This document shows, one piece after another, positions 1-9,823 of a stretch of 64,000 nucleotides of DNA. Each line of letters opens with the position of its first letter. The stretch's first letter is position 1. Position numbers and translations under genes: made by a program. The notes below the pieces were generated by a model. It did not search any database. It had not been told where the DNA came from and saw only the letters and a list, made by a program, of their open reading frames with translations. Source of the stretch: Gammaproteobacteria bacterium (GTDB taxonomy: Bacteria > Pseudomonadota > Gammaproteobacteria > Steroidobacterales > Foliamicaceae); the NCBI GenBank assembly GCA_009844425.1, contig VYBN01000033.1, forward strand, positions 146,263-210,262. Reading direction: 5' to 3'.

Positions 1-830
1 TGGACGACCTGGACGAGGGCGAGGTGATGCGCGCGATGCTGCATCACTATCAGCAGCGCACCGGCCTGGAGTTCCTTCCTCCCATTCAGCACAAGGTGGT
101 GGCGATCGGAGTCGTGCTTCGCAATGACGAAGGGGTGCGGCCGCTGGTGCTCGGCAAGGAGGATGCCAAGGAATCGGAACTGATCATGCGATTTTTCCGG
201 GGTCTCGGGCACTACGTTCCCGACCTGGTGACCTGGAACGGCGCCGCTTTCGACCTCCCGGTGCTGAACTTCCGCGCCCTGCGCCACGAGATCCAGTCCA
301 AGATCTACTGGGAAACCGGAGTCAACGACCGGGCCTTCCGCTTCAACAACTACCTGTCGCGTTTCCACTGGCGTCATACCGACCTGATGGATGCGCTGTC
401 GGGCTTTCAGGGCCGCGGGCGGCCCAGTCTGCGCGAAGCCTGCGCGCTGCTCGGCCTGCCGGGCAAGAACCTGATGGAAGGATCGAGCGTCATGGAAGCC
501 TATCTTGAAGGGAGGATCGGTGACATTCGACGCTATTGCCTCGAGGACGCGCTGAATACCTATCTCGTGTCCATCCACTTCGACTACCTGCGGGGGAACC
601 TGTCGCAGGACAGCCTGGATGACGAATACGGTTTGCTGATCGATGTGCTCAAGGCAAGCGGCGAACAGCACCTGACGGATTTTGCCCACAAGCTGGAGGC
701 CGAACCCGAGGATCAGAAAGAGGAAGAGGACGCGGAATCTGCCGGGGAAGCGGACTCCGATGAAGATCAGCCCGCTGCGGACCCGCAGCCGGGAGAAGCC
801 GCCAGGGAAGAATCGGCGACCGTTCACTAG
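1..830 (+). CDS. Predicted 3'-5' exonuclease, PolB-exonuclease-like / RNase H-fold (COG3298-type). 5'-partial: the frame is open to the window edge.
   Basis: The translation carries family-typical blocks TWNGAAFDLPVLNFRAL, HTDLMDALSGF, LLGLPGK and IRRYCLEDALNTYLV. It ends in an acidic tail. The frame stays open upstream of the first ATG back to position 3. Confidence 0.6.
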   Translation, partial: DDLDEGEVMRAMLHHYQQRTGLEFLPPIQHKVVAIGVVLRNDEGVRPLVLGKEDAKESELIMRFFRGLGHYVPDLVTWNGAAFDLPVLNFRALRHEIQSKIYWETGVNDRAFRFNNYLSRFHWRHTDLMDALSGFQGRGRPSLREACALLGLPGKNLMEGSSVMEAYLEGRIGDIRRYCLEDALNTYLVSIHFDYLRGNLSQDSLDDEYGLLIDVLKASGEQHLTDFAHKLEAEPEDQKEEEDAESAGEADSDEDQPAADPQPGEAAREESATVH

Positions 831-842
831 TTAACACGAACG

Positions 843-1325
843 ATGGCGGCTGAAGTCCTCATCGGGATATCGCGGCAAACCCTGCAACTTCTCGAGGGCG
901 GCAAGGTTGTCGGTGAATGGCCCGTATCCACGTCCCGTTACGGTCCCGGCGAGCTGACCGACAGCATGGGAACGCCCCGCGGGCGGCATCGCATCCGGGC
1001 CTGCATCGGGGACGGGCAGCCGCCGGGCGCGGTATTCGTGGGCCGTCGCGCAACCGGCGAGATCTACTCCGAGGAACTGGCTCGGCAACACCCCGGCAGG
1101 GACTGGGTGCTCAGCCGGATCCTGTGGCTGTGCGGTGAACAGCCCGGATACAACAGGCTCGGCCGCGTGGACAGCATGCGCCGCTATATCTACATTCACG
1201 GCACGCCCGATTCGGAACCGATGGGCGTGCCGCGCTCGCACGGCTGCGTGCGGATGCGCAATGCCGACGTAATTTCGCTGTTCGATCTGGTCGGCCCCGG
1301 TTGCCGCGTCGATATCCGGCCATAG
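843..1325 (+). CDS. L,D-transpeptidase (YkuD domain) family protein
   Basis: The catalytic motif SHGCVRM follows YIYIHGTP. The 160-aa size fits a single-domain YkuD protein. Confidence 0.8.
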   Translation: MAAEVLIGISRQTLQLLEGGKVVGEWPVSTSRYGPGELTDSMGTPRGRHRIRACIGDGQPPGAVFVGRRATGEIYSEELARQHPGRDWVLSRILWLCGEQPGYNRLGRVDSMRRYIYIHGTPDSEPMGVPRSHGCVRMRNADVISLFDLVGPGCRVDIRP

Positions 1326-1336
1326 GAGAGCGGGAG

Positions 1337-2275
1337 TTGGGCCCGCTCATGATCGATCTCGAGGGCCTGGCCCTTTCAGCGGCCGAGGCGCAGCTGCTTC
1401 GCCACCGCGCGGTCGGCGGCGTCATTCTTTTCAGTCGCAACTACCGGCACCCGGGCCAGGTGCGCAGCCTGGTCGCCGCCATTCGATCCGCCGCCGGGCG
1501 TCCCGTGCTCGTGGCCATCGACCAGGAGGGCGGCCGGGTCCAGCGCATGCGAACGGGCTTCTCCGCCCTGCCGCCGGCCCGCGTTCTCGGCGAGGTCCAC
1601 GATTCCGATCCCGGCCGGGCCATGGAACTGGCCCGCGCCCGCGGCCGCCTGCTGGCGCTGGAACTGGATGCGGTCGGCATCGATTTCAGCTTTGCGCCGG
1701 TTGTGGACGTGGACCATGGCAGGAGCGACGTGATCGGCGACCGCGCCCTGCACGGCGATCCCGAAGTCGTGTCGATTCTCGGCACGGCCTTCGTTCAGGG
1801 CGCCGCCTCCGGCGGCATGGCCTGCGTGGCCAAGCACTTTCCGGGCCATGGCTGGGTAGCGGCCGATTCCCACGTCGAGATGCCGATTGACGAGCGGGAC
1901 TACTCCGCATTGCTTGCCGATCTCGCGCCCTTCGAGCGGCTGTTCGCGGCCGGCGCGGGCGCGGTAATGACCGCACATGTGCAGTTTCCCGCGGTGGACG
2001 ATCCCACGCCCTGCTATTCGAGTCGGTGGATGCGCGAAGAGCTGCGCGGTCGCATGGGTTTTTCCGGGGCGATCTTTGCCGACGATCTTTCCATGCACGG
2101 CGCGGGTCAGGCCGGCGATCTCGGGCAGCGCGTGGAGGCCGCCCTGGAGGCCGGATGCGACATGCTGCCGGTCTGCAACGATCCCGAGGGCGTGCGCGAA
2201 CTCCTCCGGGACTGGCGTTACGCGGACCGGCCCGATTCCGCGGCCCGCCTCGCAAATTTATGCAGGTCCACTTGA
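1337..2275 (+). CDS. nagZ: Beta-N-acetylhexosaminidase NagZ
   Basis: Contains the KHFPGHG motif and VAIDQEGGRVQR. The N-terminus LGPLMIDLEG aligns with E. coli MGPVMLDVEG if TTG 1337 is the start, with GGAGAG 6 nt upstream. ATG 1349 is the alternative start. Confidence 0.88.
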   Translation: MGPLMIDLEGLALSAAEAQLLRHRAVGGVILFSRNYRHPGQVRSLVAAIRSAAGRPVLVAIDQEGGRVQRMRTGFSALPPARVLGEVHDSDPGRAMELARARGRLLALELDAVGIDFSFAPVVDVDHGRSDVIGDRALHGDPEVVSILGTAFVQGAASGGMACVAKHFPGHGWVAADSHVEMPIDERDYSALLADLAPFERLFAAGAGAVMTAHVQFPAVDDPTPCYSSRWMREELRGRMGFSGAIFADDLSMHGAGQAGDLGQRVEAALEAGCDMLPVCNDPEGVRELLRDWRYADRPDSAARLANLCRST

Positions 2276-2299
2276 TGACCCTTCCCTTCCGGGAGACGC

Positions 2300-3067
2300 A
2301 TGGCGATTGATGGACTGGCGGTGATTTCGGGGGCTCCGCCGGAGCAGCTGGGCATGGGGCCGCCGTCAAGCGTGGCGCCGAAAGGAAATCAGCCCTACGG
2401 TCCGCCGTCGGCGCCGGTGGAGGCACGACCGCTCAATGGAAACTCGGTTCTCTACCTGAACAGGCACGGCGCGGACTACGCGATTGCGCCTCATCGGATC
2501 AACTATCGCGCCAACATCAAGGCCCTGGCCGGGGCCGGGGCCAGGCGCATTCTGGGCGTTCATTCGGTGGGCGGCATCGCCGCGGAGGCCGTTCCCGGCG
2601 CCATCGTCCTGCCGCATGACCTGATCGACTACACCCACTCGCGCGAGACCAGCTTCGCGCAGGACGGCGCGGGCAAGAGCGCGTTCGTCGAGTTCGCGAA
2701 CCCTTTCGACGCGGAAATGCGTAAAGGTCTGGTTGCGGCCGCTGACGGCACGGATTGCATTGTGCGGGGCGTCTACGGCGTCATGCAGGGTCCACGGCTG
2801 GAAACCGCCGCGGAAATCGACCGGCTGGAGCAGGACGGATGCACGCTGGTGGGCATGACCCTGATGCCGGAGGCGGTGCTGGCCCGCGAACTGGGAATTC
2901 CCTATGTTTCCCTGTCACTGGTCACCAACTATGCCGCCGGCCGGAACAGGGCGGGTGAAACGAGGGGCATCATCGATCAGCATGCCGTCTGGCTGGATAC
3001 GGGGCTCGGGCGCGCCCGGGAGTTGCTGGTCCGCTGGCTCGACTCCCCGATCGCGCACCCACGGTAG
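2300..3067 (+). CDS. S-methyl-5'-thioinosine / methylthioadenosine phosphorylase family protein (PNP/MTAP)
   Basis: The blocks PYGPPSAP, LNRHG, PHRINYRANIKAL and VGMTLMPEA match MTAP-family blocks. The nagZ-adjacent position is the same as in Pseudomonas. Confidence 0.8.
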   Translation: MAIDGLAVISGAPPEQLGMGPPSSVAPKGNQPYGPPSAPVEARPLNGNSVLYLNRHGADYAIAPHRINYRANIKALAGAGARRILGVHSVGGIAAEAVPGAIVLPHDLIDYTHSRETSFAQDGAGKSAFVEFANPFDAEMRKGLVAAADGTDCIVRGVYGVMQGPRLETAAEIDRLEQDGCTLVGMTLMPEAVLARELGIPYVSLSLVTNYAAGRNRAGETRGIIDQHAVWLDTGLGRARELLVRWLDSPIAHPR

Positions 3068-3089
3068 CGCCCAAAGAAGCGGTCAGCGC

Positions 3090-3737
3090 TCAGTCATCCG
3101 CTTCCGGACGCGGACGGTGGCGGAACAGGCGTGCGATGACGCCGAACCGGGGATGGTCGAAGTAGTGGACTTCCCCCAGCAGGAGACGGCGCCGTTCCCG
3201 GATTCGATACTCGCCGCCGCCCTCTTCAACCGCGGGCATGCGCAGGTCGAGCGCAAGATGCACGAACCGTTCCTCTTCCAGTGACGCCAGTCCGCTGAAG
3301 GGCAGCGCCCCGGCCGCAAGCGTGGACAGCCGCAACGGTATCGGTTCGCCGGTCCACTGCGCCGGCATGGCCCAGGCGAAGTGCGCCAGTGGCCGGTACC
3401 CGGCGCTGCGGCGCATCGACACCCAGATGCCGTCCAGGGCGAATTGCGCACGGGTCAGCGCCAGAAGACCGGCCGGCGGCCGGGGTGTCGCGGGATCCGA
3501 GTCCGGCAGTTCCAAAGGCGCGGGCCAAACCTCGGCCGGCGGCAGATCCGGGGACGCATGAATGAGGTCCTCGGTGCTTTCCTCCGGGTCCAGTTGCAGG
3601 AAAACGATCATCTCCAGGGCGATCCGGAAGTCGTCATCCTGCGCCTGCACGGGTCCCGCAAGCAGGACGCACGCCGCGAACTGAAGCAGGGCGACGACCG
3701 CCAGGGCAGGGGATCCATGCGGCAGGGGACGAGGCAC
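3090..3737 (-). CDS. CsiV-like periplasmic protein (DUF2803-type), conserved neighbour downstream of mfd
   Basis: C-terminal HYFDHPRFGVIARL block and a signal-like N-terminus ending in ...AGPVQAQ. The track ORF (to 3869) would overlap mfd by 128 nt. The in-frame GTG at 3737, just after the mfd stop, is taken as the start. The start is uncertain. Confidence 0.45.
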   Translation of the reverse strand: MPRPLPHGSPALAVVALLQFAACVLLAGPVQAQDDDFRIALEMIVFLQLDPEESTEDLIHASPDLPPAEVWPAPLELPDSDPATPRPPAGLLALTRAQFALDGIWVSMRRSAGYRPLAHFAWAMPAQWTGEPIPLRLSTLAAGALPFSGLASLEEERFVHLALDLRMPAVEEGGGEYRIRERRRLLLGEVHYFDHPRFGVIARLFRHRPRPEADD

Positions 3738-3741
3738 GACA

Positions 3742-6700
3742 CTAGTGTACGGTTTCGGACCGGCGGGCCTCTTCGAGCGATGCAAGGAGGCGTTCCACGT
3801 AACGGAAGCGCCGCTCGGGCCGGGACAGATCGGCCCGGAACCTGAGCGCGCCGCGGGGCCGCAAGGCATATTCTTCCGGCTGCCGCCGGGCCAGTGCGGC
3901 GAGGTGCAGGGGGTCCACAGGCGTATCGTTGTAGAACTCCGCCTCGCCGCCGCGGTCCGCGGCCTGTAGCACCCGTATGCCCAGTTCCCGCATGCGCTGC
4001 TGGATTCGCGTCTGGCGGAACAGGTTCAGCGCCTGATCGGGCGCCGGGCCGAAGCGGTCCACCAGTTCGACCATGAGCGAGTTCAGGCTTGATGCGTCCG
4101 CGGCGGTGGAAACGCGCTTGTACCAGCTCAGGCGCTGGTTGACGTCGGGCATGTAGTCCTCGGGCAGCAGCGCGCCCAGATTCAGTTCGACGTCCGCGCG
4201 CGGCTGGGCGGCGACACCCGCGCGCTCGGCGGGACTGTCGCGCAGCTCCTGCACGGCCCGGCTCAGCATGTCGTTGTAGAGGCTGAAGCCGATCTGCTGA
4301 ATCTGCCCCGACTGCTCTTCGCCCAGAAGTTCTCCGGCGCCTCGGATCTCCAGGTCGTGGGTGGCGAGCAGGAACCCGGCGCCGAGTTCGCCGGCTGCCT
4401 CAATCGCTTCCAGGCGCTTGTGCGCGTCGGCGGTCATCTCCTTTTCGTGCGGGCGGATCAGGTAGGCGTAGGCCTGGTGGTGGGATCGCCCGACCCGGCC
4501 GCGCAACTGGTGCAACTGGGCGAGCCCCAGTCGGTCGGCGCGGTTGATCAGCATGGTGTTGGCGTGCGGAATGTCCAGTCCGCTTTCGATGATCGTGGTG
4601 CAAACAAGCACGTCGAAGCGGCGGTGATAGAAGTCGGTCATCACGCGCTGGAGTTCCGCGTCCGGCAGTTGGCCGTGGGCCACTTCCAGCCGCACGTCGC
4701 CGAGCAACGCCTGCAGTTCGCGTGCGATACGGTCGATGTCCCTGACCCGGTTGTGAACGAAGAACACGGCGCCGCCGCGCCGCAGCTCCCGACCGCAGGC
4801 CTCGCGGATCAGGCTGTTGCGCCACGGCGTGACGAAGGTCCGGACTGCCATGCGCGCGGGCGGCGGCGTGGTGATCAGAGACAGATCGCGCAGGCCGCCC
4901 AGGGACATGTTCAGCGTCCGCGGAATGGGCGTGGCGGTGAGCGTCAGAACGTGCAGGCCCGACCGCAGGCTCTTGATGCGTTCCTTCTGGCGCACGCCGA
5001 AGCGGTGCTCCTCGTCAACCACCAGCAATCCCGGACGCTTGAAGCGCACCTTGGCGTTCAAGAGGCCGTGGGAGCCGACAACGATGTCCGCGCGCCCGTC
5101 GGCTAGCCGCTCCCGCACCTCCTCGTTCTTCCGCCCGGCGCCGAAGCGGGTCAGCATTTCGACTCGCACGGGCCAATCGGCAAAACGGTCGCTGAATACG
5201 CGGTAATGCTGCTCGACCAGCAGCGTGGTCGGCGCCAGGACCGCCACCTGGTGGCCCTGGAATACGGCCGCGAAGGCTGCGCGCAGCGCCACCTCGGTCT
5301 TGCCGAAGCCCACGTCTCCGCAGATCAGCCGATCCATCGGCCGGCCGGCGGCGAGGTCGTCCAGCACCTGCTCCACGGCGCGTTCCTGGTCGTGCGTCAG
5401 CCGGTAGGGGAAGCGGGCCGTGAATGCGCTCATCTCCGCGGGCGGGGCCTCGATGGCCGGCATGGTCCGCGCGGCCCGCTGTGCCTGCAGTTGCAGCAGT
5501 TCGGCGGCGACGTCCCGCAACTGGCGTTCCGCGCGCCGCTTGATCCGGTCCCAGGCGTCCGAGCCCAGCCGATGCAGCGGAGCGTGCTCGGGGCTTCCGC
5601 CGGTATAGCGGGTAATGAGCTGCATGTCGGATACGGGCACGTAGAGACGGTCGCCGCCCGCGTACTGCACGCGCATGAACTCGGCCGGCGCGCCTCCCGC
5701 GTCCATGTGCTGCAATCCCTCGTAACGGCCGATGCCGTGGTCCTCATGCACCACGGGCGCTCCCGGGACAAGGTCGGCCAGGCTTTGCAGAATGGCTTCG
5801 GGCGCCGGCTGCCCCCGCCTGCGGCGCCGGGTAAGCGGACGTTGCCGGCCGAACAGCTCGCGTTCGGTGAGCACCGTCAGCTTTTCGTCGAGCACGATCC
5901 CGTGATCCAGCGGACTTTCGGCCAGGCACAACGGCGCACTGGAGGCCAGGAAATCGCTCCAGGACGCGACGTCCTGCGCCTTGAGCTGCCTGCCGCGCAG
6001 CAACTCGCGAACCAGTTCCCGTTGACCGGCGGTTTCCGCGGCCAGCAGGATGCGCCGGCCGGGCGCTTGCGCGTAGGCTTCCAGTGAAGTGTGCTCGTCG
6101 CTACGGGTCAGCGGCACCATCGGCGCCGGCCGCGCTCCGACGTCCTGCGCCCTGGCCTGCACGGCAATGTCCGCCAGTGACTCGGGCCGGCAGTCGACGC
6201 TTCGCAGGCCCGCCGCGGCGGACCTGTGCAGGTCCGGAGGCGCGAAGAGTTCTTCCGGCGGCAGGCAGGGTTGTTCGAGGTCGCCGTCGCGCTGCCGGTA
6301 ACGTTCCGCTATGGCTTCCCACTCGGTTTCCAGGGCGGTTGCGGCGCCCGGGAGAAGGACGACCGCGCTGTCGGGCGGAAGGTAGTCCCAGAGGGTTTCG
6401 GTCCGCTCGAAGAACAGCGGCAGGTAGTTCTCCGCGCCCTGCGGCGCCACTCCCTCGCCCAGTTTCCGGAAAACCTCCGCCCTCGCCGGGTTTTGCGGAA
6501 ACCGCCGCCGGAAACGTTCCCGGAAGGCGTCGATGCTGTCCGATTCCAGCGGCAGTTCGCGCGCCGGCAACAGGCTGAACGAATCCAGTTTTCCGGTGCT
6601 GCGTTGCGAGGCGGGGCTGAACCGTCGGATGGATTCGACCTCACGGTCAAAGAACTCGATCCGGACCGGCGCCGGGGAGCCGCTGGGAAAAATATCCAGC

Positions 6701-7257
6701 AACGCGCCGCGCACGGCGTATTCTCCCGGGTCATTGACCAGCGGCACCCGAAGATAGGCCGCTTCGTCGAGTCTCCGCCGAAGGTCTTCCGGATCCAGTT
6801 CCTGCCCGGTACGGCAGCTGACCCCCAGCCACTGGCGAAGCTGCGCGCGCGGCGGCAGGCGGTCCAGCAGCGTGGGCGCTGCGACGAACAGTGCCCGCGC
6901 CGCTTGAGGAGCCTCGTGAGTCAGCAGGCCGGACAGCGTCTCCAGGCGCCGCGACGTGATCTCGGGATGCGGGCTGAACAGGTCGTAGGGGAGCGTTTCC
7001 CGGTCGGGCAGCAACGCCATGCCCTCGCCACGCCCCCGCAACCACGCCACCTGCTGCATGAATTGCTCCACGCGTCCCGGCTCGGGCGTGACGACCAGCA
7101 CGCATGGCGAAGCGCCGGCGTCAATCAGGTCGGCGCAGACCAGCGGCGCCGCGCCTGCGCCGACGCCGTGCAGCTTGAGCGCCGGATCGCGCACATCCGG
7201 CCAGACAATCGGCCGGATTGCCGACGAAGCCGCAGCGGGGGCCCGTTCGTCCTTCAT
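3742..7257 (-). CDS. mfd: Transcription-repair coupling factor Mfd
   Basis: Helicase motifs GDVGFGKTEV and DEEHRFG, with full-length Mfd architecture of about 1170 aa. The start is taken at the second Met (MKDERAP); the ORF extends to 7308. Confidence 0.95.
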   Translation of the reverse strand: MKDERAPAAASSAIRPIVWPDVRDPALKLHGVGAGAAPLVCADLIDAGASPCVLVVTPEPGRVEQFMQQVAWLRGRGEGMALLPDRETLPYDLFSPHPEITSRRLETLSGLLTHEAPQAARALFVAAPTLLDRLPPRAQLRQWLGVSCRTGQELDPEDLRRRLDEAAYLRVPLVNDPGEYAVRGALLDIFPSGSPAPVRIEFFDREVESIRRFSPASQRSTGKLDSFSLLPARELPLESDSIDAFRERFRRRFPQNPARAEVFRKLGEGVAPQGAENYLPLFFERTETLWDYLPPDSAVVLLPGAATALETEWEAIAERYRQRDGDLEQPCLPPEELFAPPDLHRSAAAGLRSVDCRPESLADIAVQARAQDVGARPAPMVPLTRSDEHTSLEAYAQAPGRRILLAAETAGQRELVRELLRGRQLKAQDVASWSDFLASSAPLCLAESPLDHGIVLDEKLTVLTERELFGRQRPLTRRRRRGQPAPEAILQSLADLVPGAPVVHEDHGIGRYEGLQHMDAGGAPAEFMRVQYAGGDRLYVPVSDMQLITRYTGGSPEHAPLHRLGSDAWDRIKRRAERQLRDVAAELLQLQAQRAARTMPAIEAPPAEMSAFTARFPYRLTHDQERAVEQVLDDLAAGRPMDRLICGDVGFGKTEVALRAAFAAVFQGHQVAVLAPTTLLVEQHYRVFSDRFADWPVRVEMLTRFGAGRKNEEVRERLADGRADIVVGSHGLLNAKVRFKRPGLLVVDEEHRFGVRQKERIKSLRSGLHVLTLTATPIPRTLNMSLGGLRDLSLITTPPPARMAVRTFVTPWRNSLIREACGRELRRGGAVFFVHNRVRDIDRIARELQALLGDVRLEVAHGQLPDAELQRVMTDFYHRRFDVLVCTTIIESGLDIPHANTMLINRADRLGLAQLHQLRGRVGRSHHQAYAYLIRPHEKEMTADAHKRLEAIEAAGELGAGFLLATHDLEIRGAGELLGEEQSGQIQQIGFSLYNDMLSRAVQELRDSPAERAGVAAQPRADVELNLGALLPEDYMPDVNQRLSWYKRVSTAADASSLNSLMVELVDRFGPAPDQALNLFRQTRIQQRMRELGIRVLQAADRGGEAEFYNDTPVDPLHLAALARRQPEEYALRPRGALRFRADLSRPERRFRYVERLLASLEEARRSETVH

Positions 7258-7331
7258 ACGGCGCGCATTATGAAGGCGAACGGCACTGTTGCTTGCGGAG
7301 AAACGCAACCGGTTCGTGGGACAATGGCGCG

Positions 7332-8576
7332 ATGATCCGGCCCTTAGCGCTTGCCATCGCTTGGCGATACCTGCGTGCGCCCACGCGCAACCGATTCGTT
7401 TCCTTCATCGGCCTGGCTTCGGTCATCGGTCTGGCCCTGGGGGTGGCCTCGTTGATCGTAGTGATTTCGGTAATGGACGGCTTCGCCGCGGAACTGCGCG
7501 AACGGCTGCTCCGGTTTGATGCCCAGGTGAGCGTGCTCGCCGAAGACGGGCTGGGCGACTGGCGCGAAACCGCCGAAGAACTGGCGGCATTGCCCGGAGT
7601 AGCGCGGGTCGGTCCGGTGGTGGAACTGGAAGCCCTGCTGGTCTCCAGGCGGCGCTATGCCGGCGTGCAGTTGTTGGGGATAGCCGCCGACCCCGCCATG
7701 CAGGCGGCGCCGTACGGCCAGTCCGTAGTTGCGGGATCCTTCGCCGATCTGCACGGTAAAGCCGGTGGGCTGGCGCTGGGACGCTACCTCGCGGACACGC
7801 TGGGCGTGCGCGTGGGCGACACCGTCCGGGTGCTGATCCCGCGGCCCAACGGCGCCGCGCCGAGCCTGCGGGACCTTCCGGTCAGCGCGGTATTCGTCGC
7901 GGGCAACGCCGGTCCGGACAGCAGCCTGGCGCTGGCCGGTTTGCCGATCGCTTCGGAGCTCGCCGGCCTTGAAGGCCGGGTCAGCGCCCTGCAGATCAGC
8001 GGCAGCGATCCGTATGAAACGCCGGCCGCGGTGGAAGCCTGGGCGGCCGGCTCCGAACGGGTCGGCGCCGAAGGCCTCAAGACCCGTTCCTGGATGCAGC
8101 AGCATGAGGCGCTGTTCCGCACGGTGGAACTGGAACGCCTGGCCATGGGTGCGCTGCTGTTCACGATCATCGCGGTGGCCGCGTTCAACATCGTTGCAAC
8201 GCTGGTCATGTCGGTCAACGAACGCCGCAGCGAGATCGCCATCCTGGCCACCCTCGGAGCCCGAACGCCCACCATCATGGCGGTTTTCTCGCTGCAGGGC
8301 CTGTTGGCGGGAATCGTCGGAGTGGGCCTGGGAGGCGCGCTGGGCGTCTGGCTGACGCTGAACGTGGACGCCGCGATGCGGTTCCTGGAAAACCTCTTCG
8401 GGTTCGACTTCCTGCCGGCGGAGTCCTTCTATCTCACCGGAGTTCCTTTTGAATTGACCGCCACGCTCGTCGTAACGGTTACCGGGCTTGCGCTGCTGCT
8501 GTCCACGCTGGCGTCCTGGTACCCCTCGCGGCAGGCGGCGCGGGTGGACCCGGCCGGCATCCTTCGCTACGAGTAG
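7332..8576 (+). CDS. lolC: Lipoprotein-releasing system permease, LolC-like
   Basis: The N-terminus IAWRYLRAPTRNRFVSFIGLASVIGLALGV resembles E. coli LolC (GLRYMRG..DRFGRFVSWLS). It has an FtsX-type C-terminal TM bundle. ATG 7332 is taken as the start rather than the ORF start at 7218. Confidence 0.8.
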   Translation: MIRPLALAIAWRYLRAPTRNRFVSFIGLASVIGLALGVASLIVVISVMDGFAAELRERLLRFDAQVSVLAEDGLGDWRETAEELAALPGVARVGPVVELEALLVSRRRYAGVQLLGIAADPAMQAAPYGQSVVAGSFADLHGKAGGLALGRYLADTLGVRVGDTVRVLIPRPNGAAPSLRDLPVSAVFVAGNAGPDSSLALAGLPIASELAGLEGRVSALQISGSDPYETPAAVEAWAAGSERVGAEGLKTRSWMQQHEALFRTVELERLAMGALLFTIIAVAAFNIVATLVMSVNERRSEIAILATLGARTPTIMAVFSLQGLLAGIVGVGLGGALGVWLTLNVDAAMRFLENLFGFDFLPAESFYLTGVPFELTATLVVTVTGLALLLSTLASWYPSRQAARVDPAGILRYE

Positions 8577-8580
8577 GCCC

Positions 8581-9822
8581 GTGCGCGCGTTCGAATTGTG
8601 GATGGCGTCGGCGCAGCTCAGGGCGAACCGCCGCGGGGGGTTCGTTTCTCTGGTATCGATGCTCTCGATGCTGGGAGTCGCGACCGCGGTAGCCCTGCTG
8701 GTGGTCGTGCTGTCGGTCATGAACGGTTTCGACCAGGTCGTGCGCGAGCGAATACTCAGCGTGCTGGCCCACGGCAGCTTTCACGGCCCCGCCGGAGAAT
8801 TGGGCGAATGGCGTGAACTGCGCGACGCCGCCCTGATGCACCCGGAGGTCGAGTCGGCGGCGCCGTATATCGACGGTCAGGGCGTGCTGAGCGCGCCGAA
8901 TGCCGTTGCGGGCGTGCAATTGCTGGGCTTTGCACCCGATGAGGGGGCATTTCGCGCTCTGGGCGGTCTCACCGGGGATACGGCGCTTGAGACGCTGGGG
9001 GCCGGTTCGTGGCGGATCGTGCTGGGCAGCGAACTGGCGAGGCGCCTGGGCGTGGGCGAGGGCGACGATGTCCTGCTGCAGGTGCCGCAGGGCTGGAGCA
9101 CGCCGGCGGGAATCGCGCCGCGCATGCGCCGCCTGGAGGTCGCGGGCGTCTTTCACGCCGGAATGAATGACTTCGACCGCTCGCTGGCCTGGATGCATTA
9201 CGAGGACGCGCGCCGTCTTTTTGGCTTGAACGAGGCCGCCAGCGGGCTGCGGGTGATGCTCAGGGATCCGTGGCGGGTGGAAGCGGCGATGCCGGAAATC
9301 GCGGGCGAAAGGGCCGGGAATCTGTTTGTTCGCTACTGGACCTGGGAACACGCCAGCTTTTTCTATTCCATCGCGATGACCAAGCGCATAACCATTATCA
9401 TTCTGACGCTTCTTGCGGCGATCGCCGCTTTCAACATTGTCTCCACCCTGGTCATGATCGTGCGCGAGAAAACCCCGGACATCGGCATCCTGAGGACGCT
9501 CGGGTCCACCCCCCGCTCGGTCATGGCGATTTTCGCGGGGCACGGGGGATTCGCGGGCCTGCTCGGCATCGTGCTGGGGCTCGCCGTGGGGATCCCGCTG
9601 GCCGTGTGGGCCGGGCCGCTCACTTCGGCCGTCGAACAGTTTCTGCAAACCACCATCGTCAGCCCGGGCTACAGCCTGGATGAAATGCCCAGCCGGATCC
9701 TGGTTCCCGAAGTCATCGCGGTGTGTGCGCTGGCCTTGCTCCTGTCCCTGATCGCAACCGTCTATCCGGCGCTGCGCGCCGCCCGCACCGACCCGGCAAG
9801 GGCCACCCGCCTGGACTCCTGA
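8581..9822 (+). CDS. lolE: Lipoprotein-releasing system permease, LolE-like
   Basis: The block RANRRGGFVSLVSMLSMLG resembles E. coli LolE (RGRRRGGMVSLISVIS). The start is GTG 8581, 4 nt after the lolC stop; ATG 8602 is the alternative. Confidence 0.8.
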   Translation: MRAFELWMASAQLRANRRGGFVSLVSMLSMLGVATAVALLVVVLSVMNGFDQVVRERILSVLAHGSFHGPAGELGEWRELRDAALMHPEVESAAPYIDGQGVLSAPNAVAGVQLLGFAPDEGAFRALGGLTGDTALETLGAGSWRIVLGSELARRLGVGEGDDVLLQVPQGWSTPAGIAPRMRRLEVAGVFHAGMNDFDRSLAWMHYEDARRLFGLNEAASGLRVMLRDPWRVEAAMPEIAGERAGNLFVRYWTWEHASFFYSIAMTKRITIIILTLLAAIAAFNIVSTLVMIVREKTPDIGILRTLGSTPRSVMAIFAGHGGFAGLLGIVLGLAVGIPLAVWAGPLTSAVEQFLQTTIVSPGYSLDEMPSRILVPEVIAVCALALLLSLIATVYPALRAARTDPARATRLDS

Positions 9823-9823
9823 C